A DNA stretch of 64,000 nucleotides from Hylemonella sp. (GTDB taxonomy: Bacteria; Pseudomonadota; Gammaproteobacteria; Burkholderiales; Burkholderiaceae_C): contig JAUYQZ010000014.1 in the NCBI GenBank assembly GCA_030695415.1, positions 19,965-83,964 on the forward strand. Direction: 5' to 3'. The notes beneath the pieces were generated by a model that saw only the letters and a program-made list of their open reading frames with translations, searched no databases and was not told where the DNA came from. The stretch's first letter is position 1. The number at the start of each line of letters is the position of its first letter. Shown one piece after another: positions 27,747-38,840 of the stretch. The position numbers were made by a program, and so were the translations under genes.

Positions 27747-28322
27747 TCAGCTGTTGAAGAGCTGGCGCACGTCCACGTCGGCTTTCTCGTGGTCGGCGAA
27801 TTCGAGCAAGGGGTGGTGCTGGAAACGGAAGAGTCGCGCGACCAACGCGTCGGGGAAGGAGTCGACCCGCACGTTGTTGATGTTCACCGACGCGTTGTAG
27901 AGCTCGCGACGGTCGGAGATCAGATTCTCCAGCGAGCTGATGCGCTGCTGCAACTGCATGAAGTGCTCGTTCGCCTTGAGTTCGGGATAGGCCTCGGCCA
28001 CGGCGAAGATCTGCCCCAGGCCCATGCGCAGCGCGCCTTCGGCGCGGCTGAGCGCAGGCACGTCGTGGGCCTCGCGCGCGCCCTGCACGCGGCTGCGCGC
28101 CTCGATCACCGCCTGCAGCGTGGCCTGCTCGAACTGCTTGTACTGCTTGCAGACCTCGACCAGCTTGGGCAATTCGTCATGGCGCTGCTTGAGCGACACG
28201 TCGATATTGGCCCAGGCCTGGGCCACGTTGTGCTTGAGTTGCACCAGGCCGTTGTAGAGCATGATGATGTAGACGCCGACGATGACGACCACACCCCAGA
28301 AGATCGCGGAACCGATGGACAT
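27747..28322 (-). CDS. lemA: LemA family protein
   Basis: YNGLV..AWANIDVSLKQRHD.LPKLV, EAYPELKANEHF and RRELYNASV motifs. Confidence 0.92.
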   Translation of the reverse strand: MSIGSAIFWGVVVIVGVYIIMLYNGLVQLKHNVAQAWANIDVSLKQRHDELPKLVEVCKQYKQFEQATLQAVIEARSRVQGAREAHDVPALSRAEGALRMGLGQIFAVAEAYPELKANEHFMQLQQRISSLENLISDRRELYNASVNINNVRVDSFPDALVARLFRFQHHPLLEFADHEKADVDVRQLFNS

Positions 28323-28390
28323 GCAAGCCCTCCTTATTTGCCGAGGGCCATCATACGAGCGGCTGCGGCCCTTCGGACCGGGCACCCGTG

Positions 28391-28426
28391 AAAAAAGGGA
28401 CAGGCCTCACGGCACTGTCCCTTTTT
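28391..28426. terminator. Rho-independent terminator after ahpF (bidirectional form)
   Basis: AAAAAAGGGACAG...CTGTCCCTTTTT. Confidence 0.8.
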
Positions 28427-28442
28427 GGCGACGCGCTTGCGC

Positions 28443-30020
28443 TCAAGCAGCCACGGCTTCCGCCACCGGCGTGCGGATCAGGTGGTCGAAGGCGCTCAGG
28501 GCCGCCTTGGCACCGTCCCCCGCGGCGATCACGATCTGCTTGTAGGGCACGGTGGTGCAGTCACCGGCAGCGAACACGCCCGCCACATTGGTGTGACCCT
28601 TGGCATCGACCACGATCTCGCCGTAGCGGCTGAGCTCCAGCGTTCCCTTGAGCCATTCGGTGTTGGGTACCAGGCCGATCTGCACGAACACGCCTTCGAG
28701 TTCCACGTGTTTCACTTCGCCGCTGACACGGTCCTTGTAGCCCAGGCCATTGACGCGTGCTCCGTCACCCGTGATCTCGGTGGTCTGCGCGCTGAGGTGG
28801 ATGCTCACGTTCGGCAGGCTCTTGAGCTTGCTCACCAGCACGGCATCGGCCTTGAGCGCGTCGGCAAACTCGATCAGCGTGACGTGCTGGACCACACCCG
28901 CCAGGTCAATCGCCGCTTCCACGCCCGAGTTGCCGCCGCCGATCACCGCCACACGCTTGCCCTTGAAGAGCGGGCCATCACAATGCGGGCAGTAGGCCAC
29001 GCCGCGGTTCTTGTACTCCTGCTCGCCGGGCACGTTGACATTGCGCCAGCGCGCGCCGGTGGAGAGGATGACGCTGCGCGCCTTGAGGCTGCCGCCATTG
29101 GCCATCTGCAGCTCGACCAGTCCGCCGGGCTCTTCTGCAGGGATCAGCTTGTCGGCACGCTGCAGATTCATGATGTCCACCTCGTAGTGGCGCACCTGGA
29201 CTTCCAGCGCCGCAGCGAACTTCGGCCCGTCGGTCTCCAGCACCGAGATGTAATTCTCGATGGCCATGGTGTCGTTGACCTGGCCGCCGAAACGCTCGGC
29301 CGCCACACCCACGCGGATCCCTTTGCGCGCCGCGTAAACGGCTGCTGCGGCACCGGCCGGGCCGCCACCGACGATCAGCACGTCATACGGGTCCTTGGCA
29401 GACAGCTTGGCCGCTTCGCGCTCTTCGGACTTCACGTCGAGCTTGGCGACAATCTCCTCCAGCGTCATGCGGCCCGAGGCAAACATCTGGCCGTTGCGGA
29501 AGGTCATGGGCACCGCCATGACCTGGCGCGCGTCGACCTCGGCCTGGTAGAGGCCGCCGTCGATGACGGTGGTCTTGATGCGCGGGTTCAGGATGGCCAT
29601 CAGGCTGGCGGCCTGCACCACGTCCGGGCAGTTGTGGCAGCTCAGGGACATGTAGACCTCGAAGCTGTGTTCACCATCCAGGGCCTTGATCTGCTCGATC
29701 ACGTCGGCCTCGACCTTCGGGGGATGGCCGCCGGTCCAAAGCAGGGCCAGCACCAGGGAGGTGAATTCGTGGCCCAGGGGGATGGCGGCAAAACGCACCC
29801 CGGTGGTCTCACCCTCGCGGGCGATCACGAAGGAGGGCTTACGCGCGTCGCTCCCGCTGTCGTCGAAAGTGACGTGATCGGACAGGCCGGCGATCTGTTG
29901 CAGCAGATCGCGCATCTCGGCCGATTTCTCGCTGGCGTCTAGCGAGGCGATGAGGCGGATCGGTCGCTGCAGCTTGGTCAGATAGGCCTGCAGCTGGGAT
30001 TTCAGGGTGTCGTCGAGCAT
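28443..30020 (-). CDS. ahpF: Alkyl hydroperoxide reductase subunit F
   Basis: [40 protein letters not shown] and GGGNSG motifs. Confidence 0.96.
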   Translation of the reverse strand: MLDDTLKSQLQAYLTKLQRPIRLIASLDASEKSAEMRDLLQQIAGLSDHVTFDDSGSDARKPSFVIAREGETTGVRFAAIPLGHEFTSLVLALLWTGGHPPKVEADVIEQIKALDGEHSFEVYMSLSCHNCPDVVQAASLMAILNPRIKTTVIDGGLYQAEVDARQVMAVPMTFRNGQMFASGRMTLEEIVAKLDVKSEEREAAKLSAKDPYDVLIVGGGPAGAAAAVYAARKGIRVGVAAERFGGQVNDTMAIENYISVLETDGPKFAAALEVQVRHYEVDIMNLQRADKLIPAEEPGGLVELQMANGGSLKARSVILSTGARWRNVNVPGEQEYKNRGVAYCPHCDGPLFKGKRVAVIGGGNSGVEAAIDLAGVVQHVTLIEFADALKADAVLVSKLKSLPNVSIHLSAQTTEITGDGARVNGLGYKDRVSGEVKHVELEGVFVQIGLVPNTEWLKGTLELSRYGEIVVDAKGHTNVAGVFAAGDCTTVPYKQIVIAAGDGAKAALSAFDHLIRTPVAEAVAA

Positions 30021-30089
30021 GGGGTTCTCCGTGAGGCGTTGAGCGTGAGGTGTTCGGGGTTCAGCGTCGCAGGCTGAGCGTTGAGGGAG

Positions 30090-30119
30090 GGGCGCTCGGC
30101 GAGTGCACGCCGAACGCCC
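30090..30119 (-). other. Intercistronic stem-loop between ahpC and ahpF
   Basis: mRNA GGGCGUUCGGCG-UGCACU-CGCCGAGCGCCC, a 12-bp stem with one G-U pair. Confidence 0.6.
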
Positions 30120-30139
30120 AACGCTAAACGCTCTACCGT

Positions 30140-30703
30140 TTAGATCTTGCCAACCAGGTCCAGGGACGGGGTCAGGGTCTTGGCGCCTTCGTTCCACTTG
30201 GCCGGGCAGACCTGGCCGGGGTGGGCGGCGGTGTACTGGGCAGCCTTGAGCTTGCGCAGGGTCTCCTTGACGTCACGGGCGATTTCGTTGGAATGGATCT
30301 CGGCAGTCTTGATCATGCCGTCGGGATTGATCACGAAGGTGCCGCGCAGGGCCAGGCCTTCTTCCGGGATGTGCACGCCGAAAGCGTTGGTCAGGGCATG
30401 GGTCGGGTCACCCACCAGCGGGAACTTGGCCTTGCCCACGGCGGGGGAGGTCTCGTGCCACACCTTGTGCGAGAAGTGGGTGTCGGTCGTGACGATGTAG
30501 ACCTCGGTACCGGTCTTCTGGAACTCGGGGTAGTTGTCAGCCGCGTCTTCGATCTCGGTCGGGCAGTTGAAGGTGAAAGCCGCCGGCATGAAAATCAGCA
30601 CGGACCACTTGCCCTTCAGGGACTGCTCAGTCACTTCAATGAACTTGCCGTTGTGGAAAGCCTGGGTCTTGAAGGGCTGGACTTGGGTGTTGATCAGGGA
30701 CAT
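30140..30703 (-). CDS. ahpC: Alkyl hydroperoxide reductase subunit C (peroxiredoxin)
   Basis: FTFNCPTE and [19 protein letters not shown] motifs; AGGAG RBS. Confidence 0.96.
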   Translation of the reverse strand: MSLINTQVQPFKTQAFHNGKFIEVTEQSLKGKWSVLIFMPAAFTFNCPTEIEDAADNYPEFQKTGTEVYIVTTDTHFSHKVWHETSPAVGKAKFPLVGDPTHALTNAFGVHIPEEGLALRGTFVINPDGMIKTAEIHSNEIARDVKETLRKLKAAQYTAAHPGQVCPAKWNEGAKTLTPSLDLVGKI

Positions 30704-30801
30704 GAATTAACTCCTATTGGTTAGTAAGCAGAATTTATGGAAACAACCGGTTGGTTTTGAACCGATGGCGAGATTGTAGTCTTTATCTATCGAAATTTAT
30801 T

Positions 30802-30837
30802 ATTGATTTAACAATACTAACGATAGGAAAACTTTAT
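30802..30837 (-). promoter_or_regulatory. OxyR-like binding site upstream of ahpC
   Basis: AT-rich island containing ATTG-N6-CAAT-N7-ATAG-N7-TTAT, close to the ATAG-N7-CTAT repeat consensus. Confidence 0.6.
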
Positions 30838-30907
30838 TGCGCCGCACCAAAAGGCACGGTCCGGGTGGGGGCCGGGGGTGCCGGGGACCGGAAAGCTCAG
30901 GGCCCGC

Positions 30908-32254
<1,347 letters not shown>

Positions 32255-32289
32255 GGGTCCGATGATAGCCACGACGCACAATAGCCACC

Positions 32290-33054
32290 ATGTTCGTCCT
32301 TGCCAAACTGTTCGCCTTCCTCACCCAGCCCCTGGCCTGGGTCGCTGTCCTGCTTGCGCTGGGTCTGCTGCTGCAACGCTGGCGCCGTGCGAGCACCGCC
32401 CTGCTCTGGAGCGCCCTGGTCCTCCTGCTGCTGCAGGGCTGGGAGCCGCTGCCCGATGCGCTGCTGCGCCGTCTTGAGGCCCAGCACCCGGCACCGGTCA
32501 AGCTCGATTTGCAGCGCTATGCCGGCGTCATCGTGCTGGGCGGTGCGCTGGAGTCCTCCTACGTCTGGCAGGGCCACACGCAGCCCGCGCTCAACGGCGC
32601 GGCCGAACGCCTGACGGCCGCGCCGCCGCTGCTGCAAGGCGCACCACAGCTCAAGCTGCTGTTCACCGGCGGAGAGGGTGAACTGATCTTCAAGGGACTG
32701 ACCGAGGCCGAACGCGCCCGCCGCTTCTACGCCAGCCTGGGCGTGGACGCGCAGCGGCTGATCCTGGAGTCGGCCTCGCGCACCACCTATGAGAACGCCG
32801 TGCTCAGCGCCGCGCTGCCCGGCGTGGACAAGACTCGCCCCTGGCTGCTGCTGACCTCGGCCTGGCACATGCCGCGCTCCATGGCCACCTTCGAAAAAGC
32901 TGGCTGGAACGTCACGCCCTGGCCGGCCGACTATCGCGCCGGACTGGAAACCCCCTGGACGCAGTACTCGCTGGCCGAGGGCGCCGCCAAATGGAAGACC
33001 GCCCTGCACGAGGTCATCGGCCTGTGGGTCTACCGCCTGAGCGGCAGGGCCTAG
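32290..33054 (+). CDS. YdcF/ElyC (DUF218) family protein
   Basis: IVLGG, FTGG, ESASRTTYENA and LLTSAWHMPRS motifs. Confidence 0.88.
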   Translation: MFVLAKLFAFLTQPLAWVAVLLALGLLLQRWRRASTALLWSALVLLLLQGWEPLPDALLRRLEAQHPAPVKLDLQRYAGVIVLGGALESSYVWQGHTQPALNGAAERLTAAPPLLQGAPQLKLLFTGGEGELIFKGLTEAERARRFYASLGVDAQRLILESASRTTYENAVLSAALPGVDKTRPWLLLTSAWHMPRSMATFEKAGWNVTPWPADYRAGLETPWTQYSLAEGAAKWKTALHEVIGLWVYRLSGRA

Positions 33055-33170
33055 GGATGCCTGTGCATATACTTTGGCCCATGTCACGGTCCCCCATAAC
33101 CATCGCAGGTCCACGTCGCGCGACGATGCTGACCTTACCGTCACACCCTTTGCTCTGACACCCCCTCATC

Positions 33171-34775
33171 ATGACGTGCTCGGCAGAGGAATTGCAGAAA
33201 CGCAGTGACGGACTGGCGGCCAGTTGGCAGGCCTGCCTGGCTGCACCAGGCACCGACCTGCTGCTTGAATTTGCAGTGTCCCTCTCCAGCTTCACGGAGT
33301 TCCTGCATGGCAAAGGACTGTCGGGACTGAACCAGGTCTCGCGCAGCCTGGAACAGCAGACGCTGGCGCTGCTCGACAGTGGCACCGAAACTCCCCTGCC
33401 TGCGGGCACGCTGACTGAACTCAACCTGCGCGTCGAGGAGCTCGGAACACGTGTGAGCGACTTCATCGACGGCCAGCGACGCCCGGTCATGGAACGCCGC
33501 GCCCGCAGTGTCGACCCGTCCGTGCTGGACGTCGCCCCGCGCCATAGCGTCTGGCTGGTCGGCAGCAGCGGCGCGACCTGGCAGGAGCTGGCGCTGCAAC
33601 TGGGCTACTTCCAGATCGACGCCGAGTTCCACCAGATCCGCAACCTGCCTGGCCAGGGTGACGAGCCGGCCATCGTCCTGCTCAACGCGGGCAGCCTGAG
33701 CAGCCGGCAAACCGTCGAGCAGGTCCAGTTGCTACGGGGACGCTTTGCCGCCAGTACCCTGCTGGTGCACGAACTCGCGGGCGACTTCGACAGCCTGCGC
33801 GCGGCGCTGTCGGCCGGCAGTGACTTCTGCTTCCCGGCGGGAACCGCCCAGCCGCTGATCCTGGCCAAGCTCATCGAGCTGTGCAGCGGCACCCAGGAGG
33901 CGCCTTATCGGGCGCTGGTGGTGGAGGACTCCATCACGGCCAGCAAATCCATCCAGCGCACCCTGGCGATCTGCGACATCGAGACCCTTGCCATCAGCAA
34001 GCCTCACGAGGTGCTGGACTGCCTGGCCCAGTTCCAGCCCGACCTCATCCTGATGGACATGTTCATGCCGGGCTGCACCGGCGTCGAGGCAGCGCGGGTC
34101 ATCCGCCAGCACCCGGAGTTCCTCTCCATTCCCATCGTCTACCTGTCGGGCGATACGAATGTGCCGCTGCAGGTCGAGGCACTTAGGCTCGGGGGCGACC
34201 ACTTCCTCACCAAGCCCTACAACCCGGTGGTGCTCAACGCCATCGTGCAGAGCAAGATTGAGCGCTACCGCGCCCTGCGCCGTGCCATGGAGCGCGACAG
34301 CCTCACCGGTCTGTACAACCACCGAACGTCCAAGGACAAGCTGGCCGCGGCCATCCAGCAGGCGCGCAGCGTGCAACAAGCCCTGGCGGTGGCGATGATC
34401 GACATCGACCACTTCAAGAAGATCAACGACAGCTACGGCCACCCCATGGGCGACCAGGTGATCCGCAGCCTCGCCTGGTTCCTCAGCCAGCGCCTGCGCA
34501 AGACCGACGTCATCGGCCGCTACGGCGGCGAGGAATTCCTGGTCGTGCTGCCTGCGGCAGACGCGCCGCGGGCCGTGGAAGTGCTGGACCGCATCCGCCA
34601 TGACTTCGGCCAGATCAAGCACCCCTTCAATGAAACCTGGTGCACGGCCGCGCTCTCGATCGGCGTGACGCAGCTGAACGAGGGCGACAGCGAGCAAACG
34701 CTGATCAAACAGGCCGACGAAGCCCTCTATTCCGCCAAGCGCTCGGGGCGCAACCGCGTCGTCAGCTGGCAGTGA
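33171..34775 (+). CDS. Diguanylate cyclase response regulator (Hpt-like/degenerate REC, REC, GGDEF)
   Basis: REC (VVEDS, PDLILMDMFMP, FLTKP), DSLTGLYN, DIDHFKKINDSYGH, RKTD I-site, RYGGEEF. Confidence 0.9.
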   Translation: MTCSAEELQKRSDGLAASWQACLAAPGTDLLLEFAVSLSSFTEFLHGKGLSGLNQVSRSLEQQTLALLDSGTETPLPAGTLTELNLRVEELGTRVSDFIDGQRRPVMERRARSVDPSVLDVAPRHSVWLVGSSGATWQELALQLGYFQIDAEFHQIRNLPGQGDEPAIVLLNAGSLSSRQTVEQVQLLRGRFAASTLLVHELAGDFDSLRAALSAGSDFCFPAGTAQPLILAKLIELCSGTQEAPYRALVVEDSITASKSIQRTLAICDIETLAISKPHEVLDCLAQFQPDLILMDMFMPGCTGVEAARVIRQHPEFLSIPIVYLSGDTNVPLQVEALRLGGDHFLTKPYNPVVLNAIVQSKIERYRALRRAMERDSLTGLYNHRTSKDKLAAAIQQARSVQQALAVAMIDIDHFKKINDSYGHPMGDQVIRSLAWFLSQRLRKTDVIGRYGGEEFLVVLPAADAPRAVEVLDRIRHDFGQIKHPFNETWCTAALSIGVTQLNEGDSEQTLIKQADEALYSAKRSGRNRVVSWQ

Positions 34776-34777
34776 GC

Positions 34778-35049
34778 GGGACCCTCTGCATAACTCCCGC
34801 CATGCGCGTTCGCGTCCAAAACGGGATGATTTGACCGCCAACACCACGCAGCGTGTGCTGTAGCACACGCAAGGGGTTTGGTGGGCAAAGGGCCCGTTTT
34901 GGTTCGAACCCGAAGGGGCGTGATTTTGCGGGCGATCCGCCGCGTTGCAAAACCAGGCAAGCCGTCCAGGCTTGCCTTGGGTTTTGCGCCTTGCGGCTCA
35001 TCCCGCAAAAAGCCACGCCGCGCGCGGCGCGAGTTATGCAGAGGGTCCC
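34778..35049. mobile_element. MITE-like non-autonomous element, 272 bp, with 19-bp perfect terminal inverted repeats
   Basis: GGGACCCTCTGCATAACTC (34778-96) and GAGTTATGCAGAGGGTCCC (35031-49); long internal imperfect hairpin (~34917-35019); no transposase. Confidence 0.75.
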
Positions 35050-36332
35050 ACCGGGCGGGCCAGCACCTTGTCGATGCGGCGGCCGTCCAGGTCCACCACC
35101 TCGAACTCCCAACCGGCGCAGACAATGCGCTCGCCCGTGTGCGGCAGATGGCCGCTGACGGACAGCAGCAGACCGGCCACGGTGTTGTAGCGTCCGCGCT
35201 CTTCATCGGGCAGGTCACGGATCTCCAGCCGGCTCTTGAGTTCGTCCACCGGGATCATGCCGTCGAGCAGCCAGCTGCCGTCGTCGCGCTCGGTGGCCCA
35301 GGCATCGACCTGCGCCACCGGCTGCAATTCACCCGTGATGGCCTCCAGCAGGTCGCCCGGCGTCAGCAGGCCCTGCACCACACCGTACTCGTCGACCACG
35401 AAGACCATGCGCCCCGAGCGCTCGCGGAACTGCTCCAGCAACTCCATGCCAGAGAGCGTCTCGGGCACGAAGACCGCGGACATCGCGTGCGCCTCGACTG
35501 TGCCTTCATGCGCCACCCCCAGCGCCAGCAGCTTGCCCACGCTGATCACGCCCACCACATCCTCCAGCGAGCCGCGGCACACCGGGTACCAGGAATGCGC
35601 ACCCGTCTGCCCGGCCTGGCCCACGTGCTGCAGACTTTGCGCCACGTTCAGCGAGGCATCCAGCCAGTCGATATCGGCCCGCGGCACCATCAGGGACGTC
35701 AGGGAGCGGTCGTCCAGCCGAAACACATTGCGCACCATCTGGTGCTCCTGCTGCTCGATCACGCCAGCGTCCACACCCTCCTCCAGGCTGTGGCGGATTT
35801 CCTCTTCCGTCATGCTGCGCGACACGTTGGTCGGGATGCGCAGCAACTTGAGCACGCCCTGGGTCGTGGCCGACAGCAGCTTGACGAAGGGCTTGGCGGC
35901 GATCGCCAGCCAGTGCATGGGACGCGACATCCAGCGCGCCACGGTCTCGGGGTAGAGCTGGCCAATGCGCTTGGGCACCAGTTCACCAAAGATGATGGTC
36001 AGGAAAGTGATGATGGCCACCACCAGGGCCGTGGCCGTGATCTCGGCCGCACGCTCCGTCGCCCCCAGCTCCTCCAGCCAGACGGCCAGGTCAAGGCTGA
36101 AGGCGGCTTCGCCGACGATGCCGTTGAGCACGCCGATGGACGTGATGCCCACCTGCACGGTGGAGAGGAACTGATTGGGGTTGTCCAGCAACTCCAGGGC
36201 CTTCTGCGCGCCACCGTCACCGGACTCGGCCATGGCCAGCAGGCGGGCCTTGCGACTGGCGGCCAGCGCCAGCTCCGACATGGCGAACAGTCCGTTGAGG
36301 ACGATCAGCAGGGCGATCAGCAGGAATTCCAT
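35034..36332 (-). CDS. Hemolysin/TlyC family (CNNM-CBS-CorC) membrane protein
   Basis: LNGLFAMSELAL, FLSTVQVGIT, FGELVPKRIG, CBS pair, VVDEYG, DGRRIDKVL. Confidence 0.92.
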   Translation of the reverse strand: MEFLLIALLIVLNGLFAMSELALAASRKARLLAMAESGDGGAQKALELLDNPNQFLSTVQVGITSIGVLNGIVGEAAFSLDLAVWLEELGATERAAEITATALVVAIITFLTIIFGELVPKRIGQLYPETVARWMSRPMHWLAIAAKPFVKLLSATTQGVLKLLRIPTNVSRSMTEEEIRHSLEEGVDAGVIEQQEHQMVRNVFRLDDRSLTSLMVPRADIDWLDASLNVAQSLQHVGQAGQTGAHSWYPVCRGSLEDVVGVISVGKLLALGVAHEGTVEAHAMSAVFVPETLSGMELLEQFRERSGRMVFVVDEYGVVQGLLTPGDLLEAITGELQPVAQVDAWATERDDGSWLLDGMIPVDELKSRLEIRDLPDEERGRYNTVAGLLLSVSGHLPHTGERIVCAGWEFEVVDLDGRRIDKVLARPVGPSA

Positions 36333-36356
36333 GAATCTCAAGCGAGAATGAACACC

Positions 36357-37208
36357 ATGGCACTTTACTTGATCGGCGATGTGCAAGGCTGCGACAAGGC
36401 GCTGCAAGGCCTGCTCGAAAAAATCTCCTTTTCCCCAAGTCGCGACACGCTCTACCTGCTGGGCGATCTGGTCAACCGCGGGGCGGATTCAGCCGGTGTG
36501 CTGCGCCGCCTCATGGGCTATGGCCAGGCGGCGCGCTGCCTGCTGGGCAACCACGACCTGCACCTGCTGGCCATTGCCCACGGCGTGCGGCCGCCGCACC
36601 GCAGCGACACCATCGCCGACGTGCTGCAGGCCCCCGACCGCCCCGCCCTGCTGGACTGGCTGCGCCACCAGCCCCTGGCACTGCGGGAGACCCTTGAGGG
36701 CGAGGAGATCCTGATGGTGCACGCCGGCGTGCTGCCCTCCTGGACTGCTACTAAAACAATAGCGCTTGCGAGTGAGCTGGAAGCCGTGCTGCGCGGCCCC
36801 GACCTGCCGGATTTCCTGCGTCGCATGTACGGCAACGAGCCGGCGCGCTGGGACGACAGCCTGCAGGGCGACGCACGCCTGCGCGTGATCGTCAATGCGC
36901 TCACAAGGCTGCGCTTCTGCAGCGCTGCGGGGGACATGGAGTTCGCCAGCAAGGAGGGCGCACAGGGTGCCCCGGCCGGCTACCTGCCCTGGTTCGAGGT
37001 GCCGGGGCGGCGTACGGCGGATATCACCGTGGCCTTCGGTCACTGGTCCACGCTGGGCTGGCTGGACCGGCCCGATGTGCTGGCGCTGGACACGGGCTGC
37101 GTCTGGGGCGGTTGCCTCAGTGCGCTGCGCCTGGGACGGGCCCGCGCGCATGAACTGATCCAGGTGAAATGCGAAGCCGCGCAAACGCCCGCAGGCCGCG
37201 GCAACTGA
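36357..37208 (+). CDS. apaH: Symmetrical bis(5'-nucleosyl)-tetraphosphatase
   Basis: YLIGDVQGC, GDLVNRG, LGNHDLHLL, VHAG, FGHWS and LDTGCVWG motifs. Confidence 0.94.
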   Translation: MALYLIGDVQGCDKALQGLLEKISFSPSRDTLYLLGDLVNRGADSAGVLRRLMGYGQAARCLLGNHDLHLLAIAHGVRPPHRSDTIADVLQAPDRPALLDWLRHQPLALRETLEGEEILMVHAGVLPSWTATKTIALASELEAVLRGPDLPDFLRRMYGNEPARWDDSLQGDARLRVIVNALTRLRFCSAAGDMEFASKEGAQGAPAGYLPWFEVPGRRTADITVAFGHWSTLGWLDRPDVLALDTGCVWGGCLSALRLGRARAHELIQVKCEAAQTPAGRGN

Positions 37209-37214
37209 GCCCGA

Positions 37215-38651
37215 TCAGCTCGACGTTTCTTCGTTCTTGTTGAACAGCGCCGCCACCTTGCGCTTGGGCCGGATATTGGCCGACACCACACGGCCGGCCG
37301 GCTTGGCCACCGCTTCCCAGGGGGCCGGTTCGGCCGCAGCCTCCGTGCTTTCGTAGGGCTGGTTGAAGAAGGGGTCCTGCGGCGGTGCCGACGGGCGACG
37401 GCTCTCGCGCGGAGCGGTGCGCCGCTCACCGCGCGGCTCGATGCGCTCTTCGGTCTGCTCGTAGAGACGCCGGCCTTCATTGAAGCGGCCCTGGCGACGG
37501 ATATCGGGTTTGTCCTCGTCGTACTCGACGGGCTCCAGCTCGATCTTGGTCTTGATCAGCTTCTCGATGTCGGCCACCAGGCGAGCATCCTTGGGCGAGA
37601 CGAAACTCACCGCGAGGCCCGAGGCGCCGGCGCGGCCGGTGCGGCCGATGCGGTGCACGTAGTCTTCGGCGTTGAAGGGGACGTCGAAGTTGAACACCGC
37701 CGGCACGTCCTTGATGTCCAGGCCGCGCGCGGCCACATCGGTGCACACCAGCAGGTCGACTTCGCCCTTCTTGAAGGACTCCAGCGCCTTCAGGCGTTCG
37801 TCCTGGCTCTTGTCACCGTGCAGCGCCGTGGTCTTGAGGCCCTCGCGCTCCAGCGAACGGGCCAGGCGGGCGCAGCCCAGCTTGCTGTTCACGAAGACAA
37901 ATGCCTGCTTCATGCCGCGCTGGCGCAGGATCTGGTGCAGGGCGTGGCGCTTGTCGTCGTCACCCACGCTGTAGAAATGCTGCTCCACCGTGGAGGCCGT
38001 GGCGTTGGAGCGTGCGACCTCGATGGTCACCGGATCCTGCAGGTAGCTGTTGGCCAGGCGCTTGATCTCGGGCGAGAAAGTGGCCGAAAACAGCAGCGTG
38101 GTGCGCTGCTTGGGCAGGTAGGACAGGATGCGCTGCAGGTCCGGCAGGAAACCGATGTCCAGCATGCGGTCGGCCTCGTCCAGCACCACGTACTCGACCT
38201 GGTTGAGCACGGCGTTCTTGGCTTCGATGTGGTCCAGCAGGCGGCCGGGCGTGGCCACCAGCACTTCCACGCCTTTTTTCAGCTCCAGGGTCTGGGGCTT
38301 CATGTCCATGCCGCCGAACACCACCGCGCTGCGCATATTGGTGTACTTGGCATAGAGCTTGACCTGCTGCGCCACCTGGTCGGCCAGTTCGCGCGTGGGC
38401 AGCAGCACCAGGGCGCGCACGGGGTGGCGCGCCGGGGAGGTGGAGCTGTTTTCGTGTTTGAGCAGGCGCTGCAGCAGGGGCAGGGAGAAGGCGGCTGTCT
38501 TGCCGGTGCCGGTCTGGGCGGCGCCCATGACGTCGCGGCCCTGCAGCACCACGGGGATGGCCTGGGCCTGGATCGGGGTCATGGACTCGTAACCCATCTC
38601 GGCGACCGCGCGGGCCAGCGGAGCGGCCAGCTGCAGCTGGGCAAAGGCCAT
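37215..38651 (-). CDS. rhlE: DEAD-box RNA helicase (RhlE-like)
   Basis: TPIQ, AQTGTGKT, PTRELA, DEAD, SAT, ARGLD and HRIGRTGR motifs; start approximate. Confidence 0.88.
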   Translation of the reverse strand: MAFAQLQLAAPLARAVAEMGYESMTPIQAQAIPVVLQGRDVMGAAQTGTGKTAAFSLPLLQRLLKHENSSTSPARHPVRALVLLPTRELADQVAQQVKLYAKYTNMRSAVVFGGMDMKPQTLELKKGVEVLVATPGRLLDHIEAKNAVLNQVEYVVLDEADRMLDIGFLPDLQRILSYLPKQRTTLLFSATFSPEIKRLANSYLQDPVTIEVARSNATASTVEQHFYSVGDDDKRHALHQILRQRGMKQAFVFVNSKLGCARLARSLEREGLKTTALHGDKSQDERLKALESFKKGEVDLLVCTDVAARGLDIKDVPAVFNFDVPFNAEDYVHRIGRTGRAGASGLAVSFVSPKDARLVADIEKLIKTKIELEPVEYDEDKPDIRRQGRFNEGRRLYEQTEERIEPRGERRTAPRESRRPSAPPQDPFFNQPYESTEAAAEPAPWEAVAKPAGRVVSANIRPKRKVAALFNKNEETSS

Positions 38652-38840
38652 GATGGGGGTGTCTGCGGTGAGTTCGTTCGAAGTCACGGGGGCGAGGGGG
38701 AGTTCAGTGTTCAAATCGGTCTGGCATAGCCAAATAATGCTATCTAACCGATAGCGGGCCACCCCTGCAGCCAAGGGCAAACCCGGATTATCCCCGATAT
38801 CCCGTTTCCGGGCCATCTGCCCCGGCTACAGTGCCTCTCT

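Noticed and set aside
30560-30600. AhpC active-site variant [13 protein letters not shown] instead of FYPADFTFVCPTE
   Set aside because: Both catalytic Cys and the ahpF partner are intact; most likely a lineage-level variant.
33055-33170. Possible riboswitch upstream of the diguanylate cyclase
   Set aside because: No recognisable c-di-GMP or other riboswitch consensus.
34878-36356. 776-aa ORF that looks like an extended ApaH
   Set aside because: Antisense shadow of the CNNM/CBS gene plus the MITE; ApaH motifs begin at 36357.
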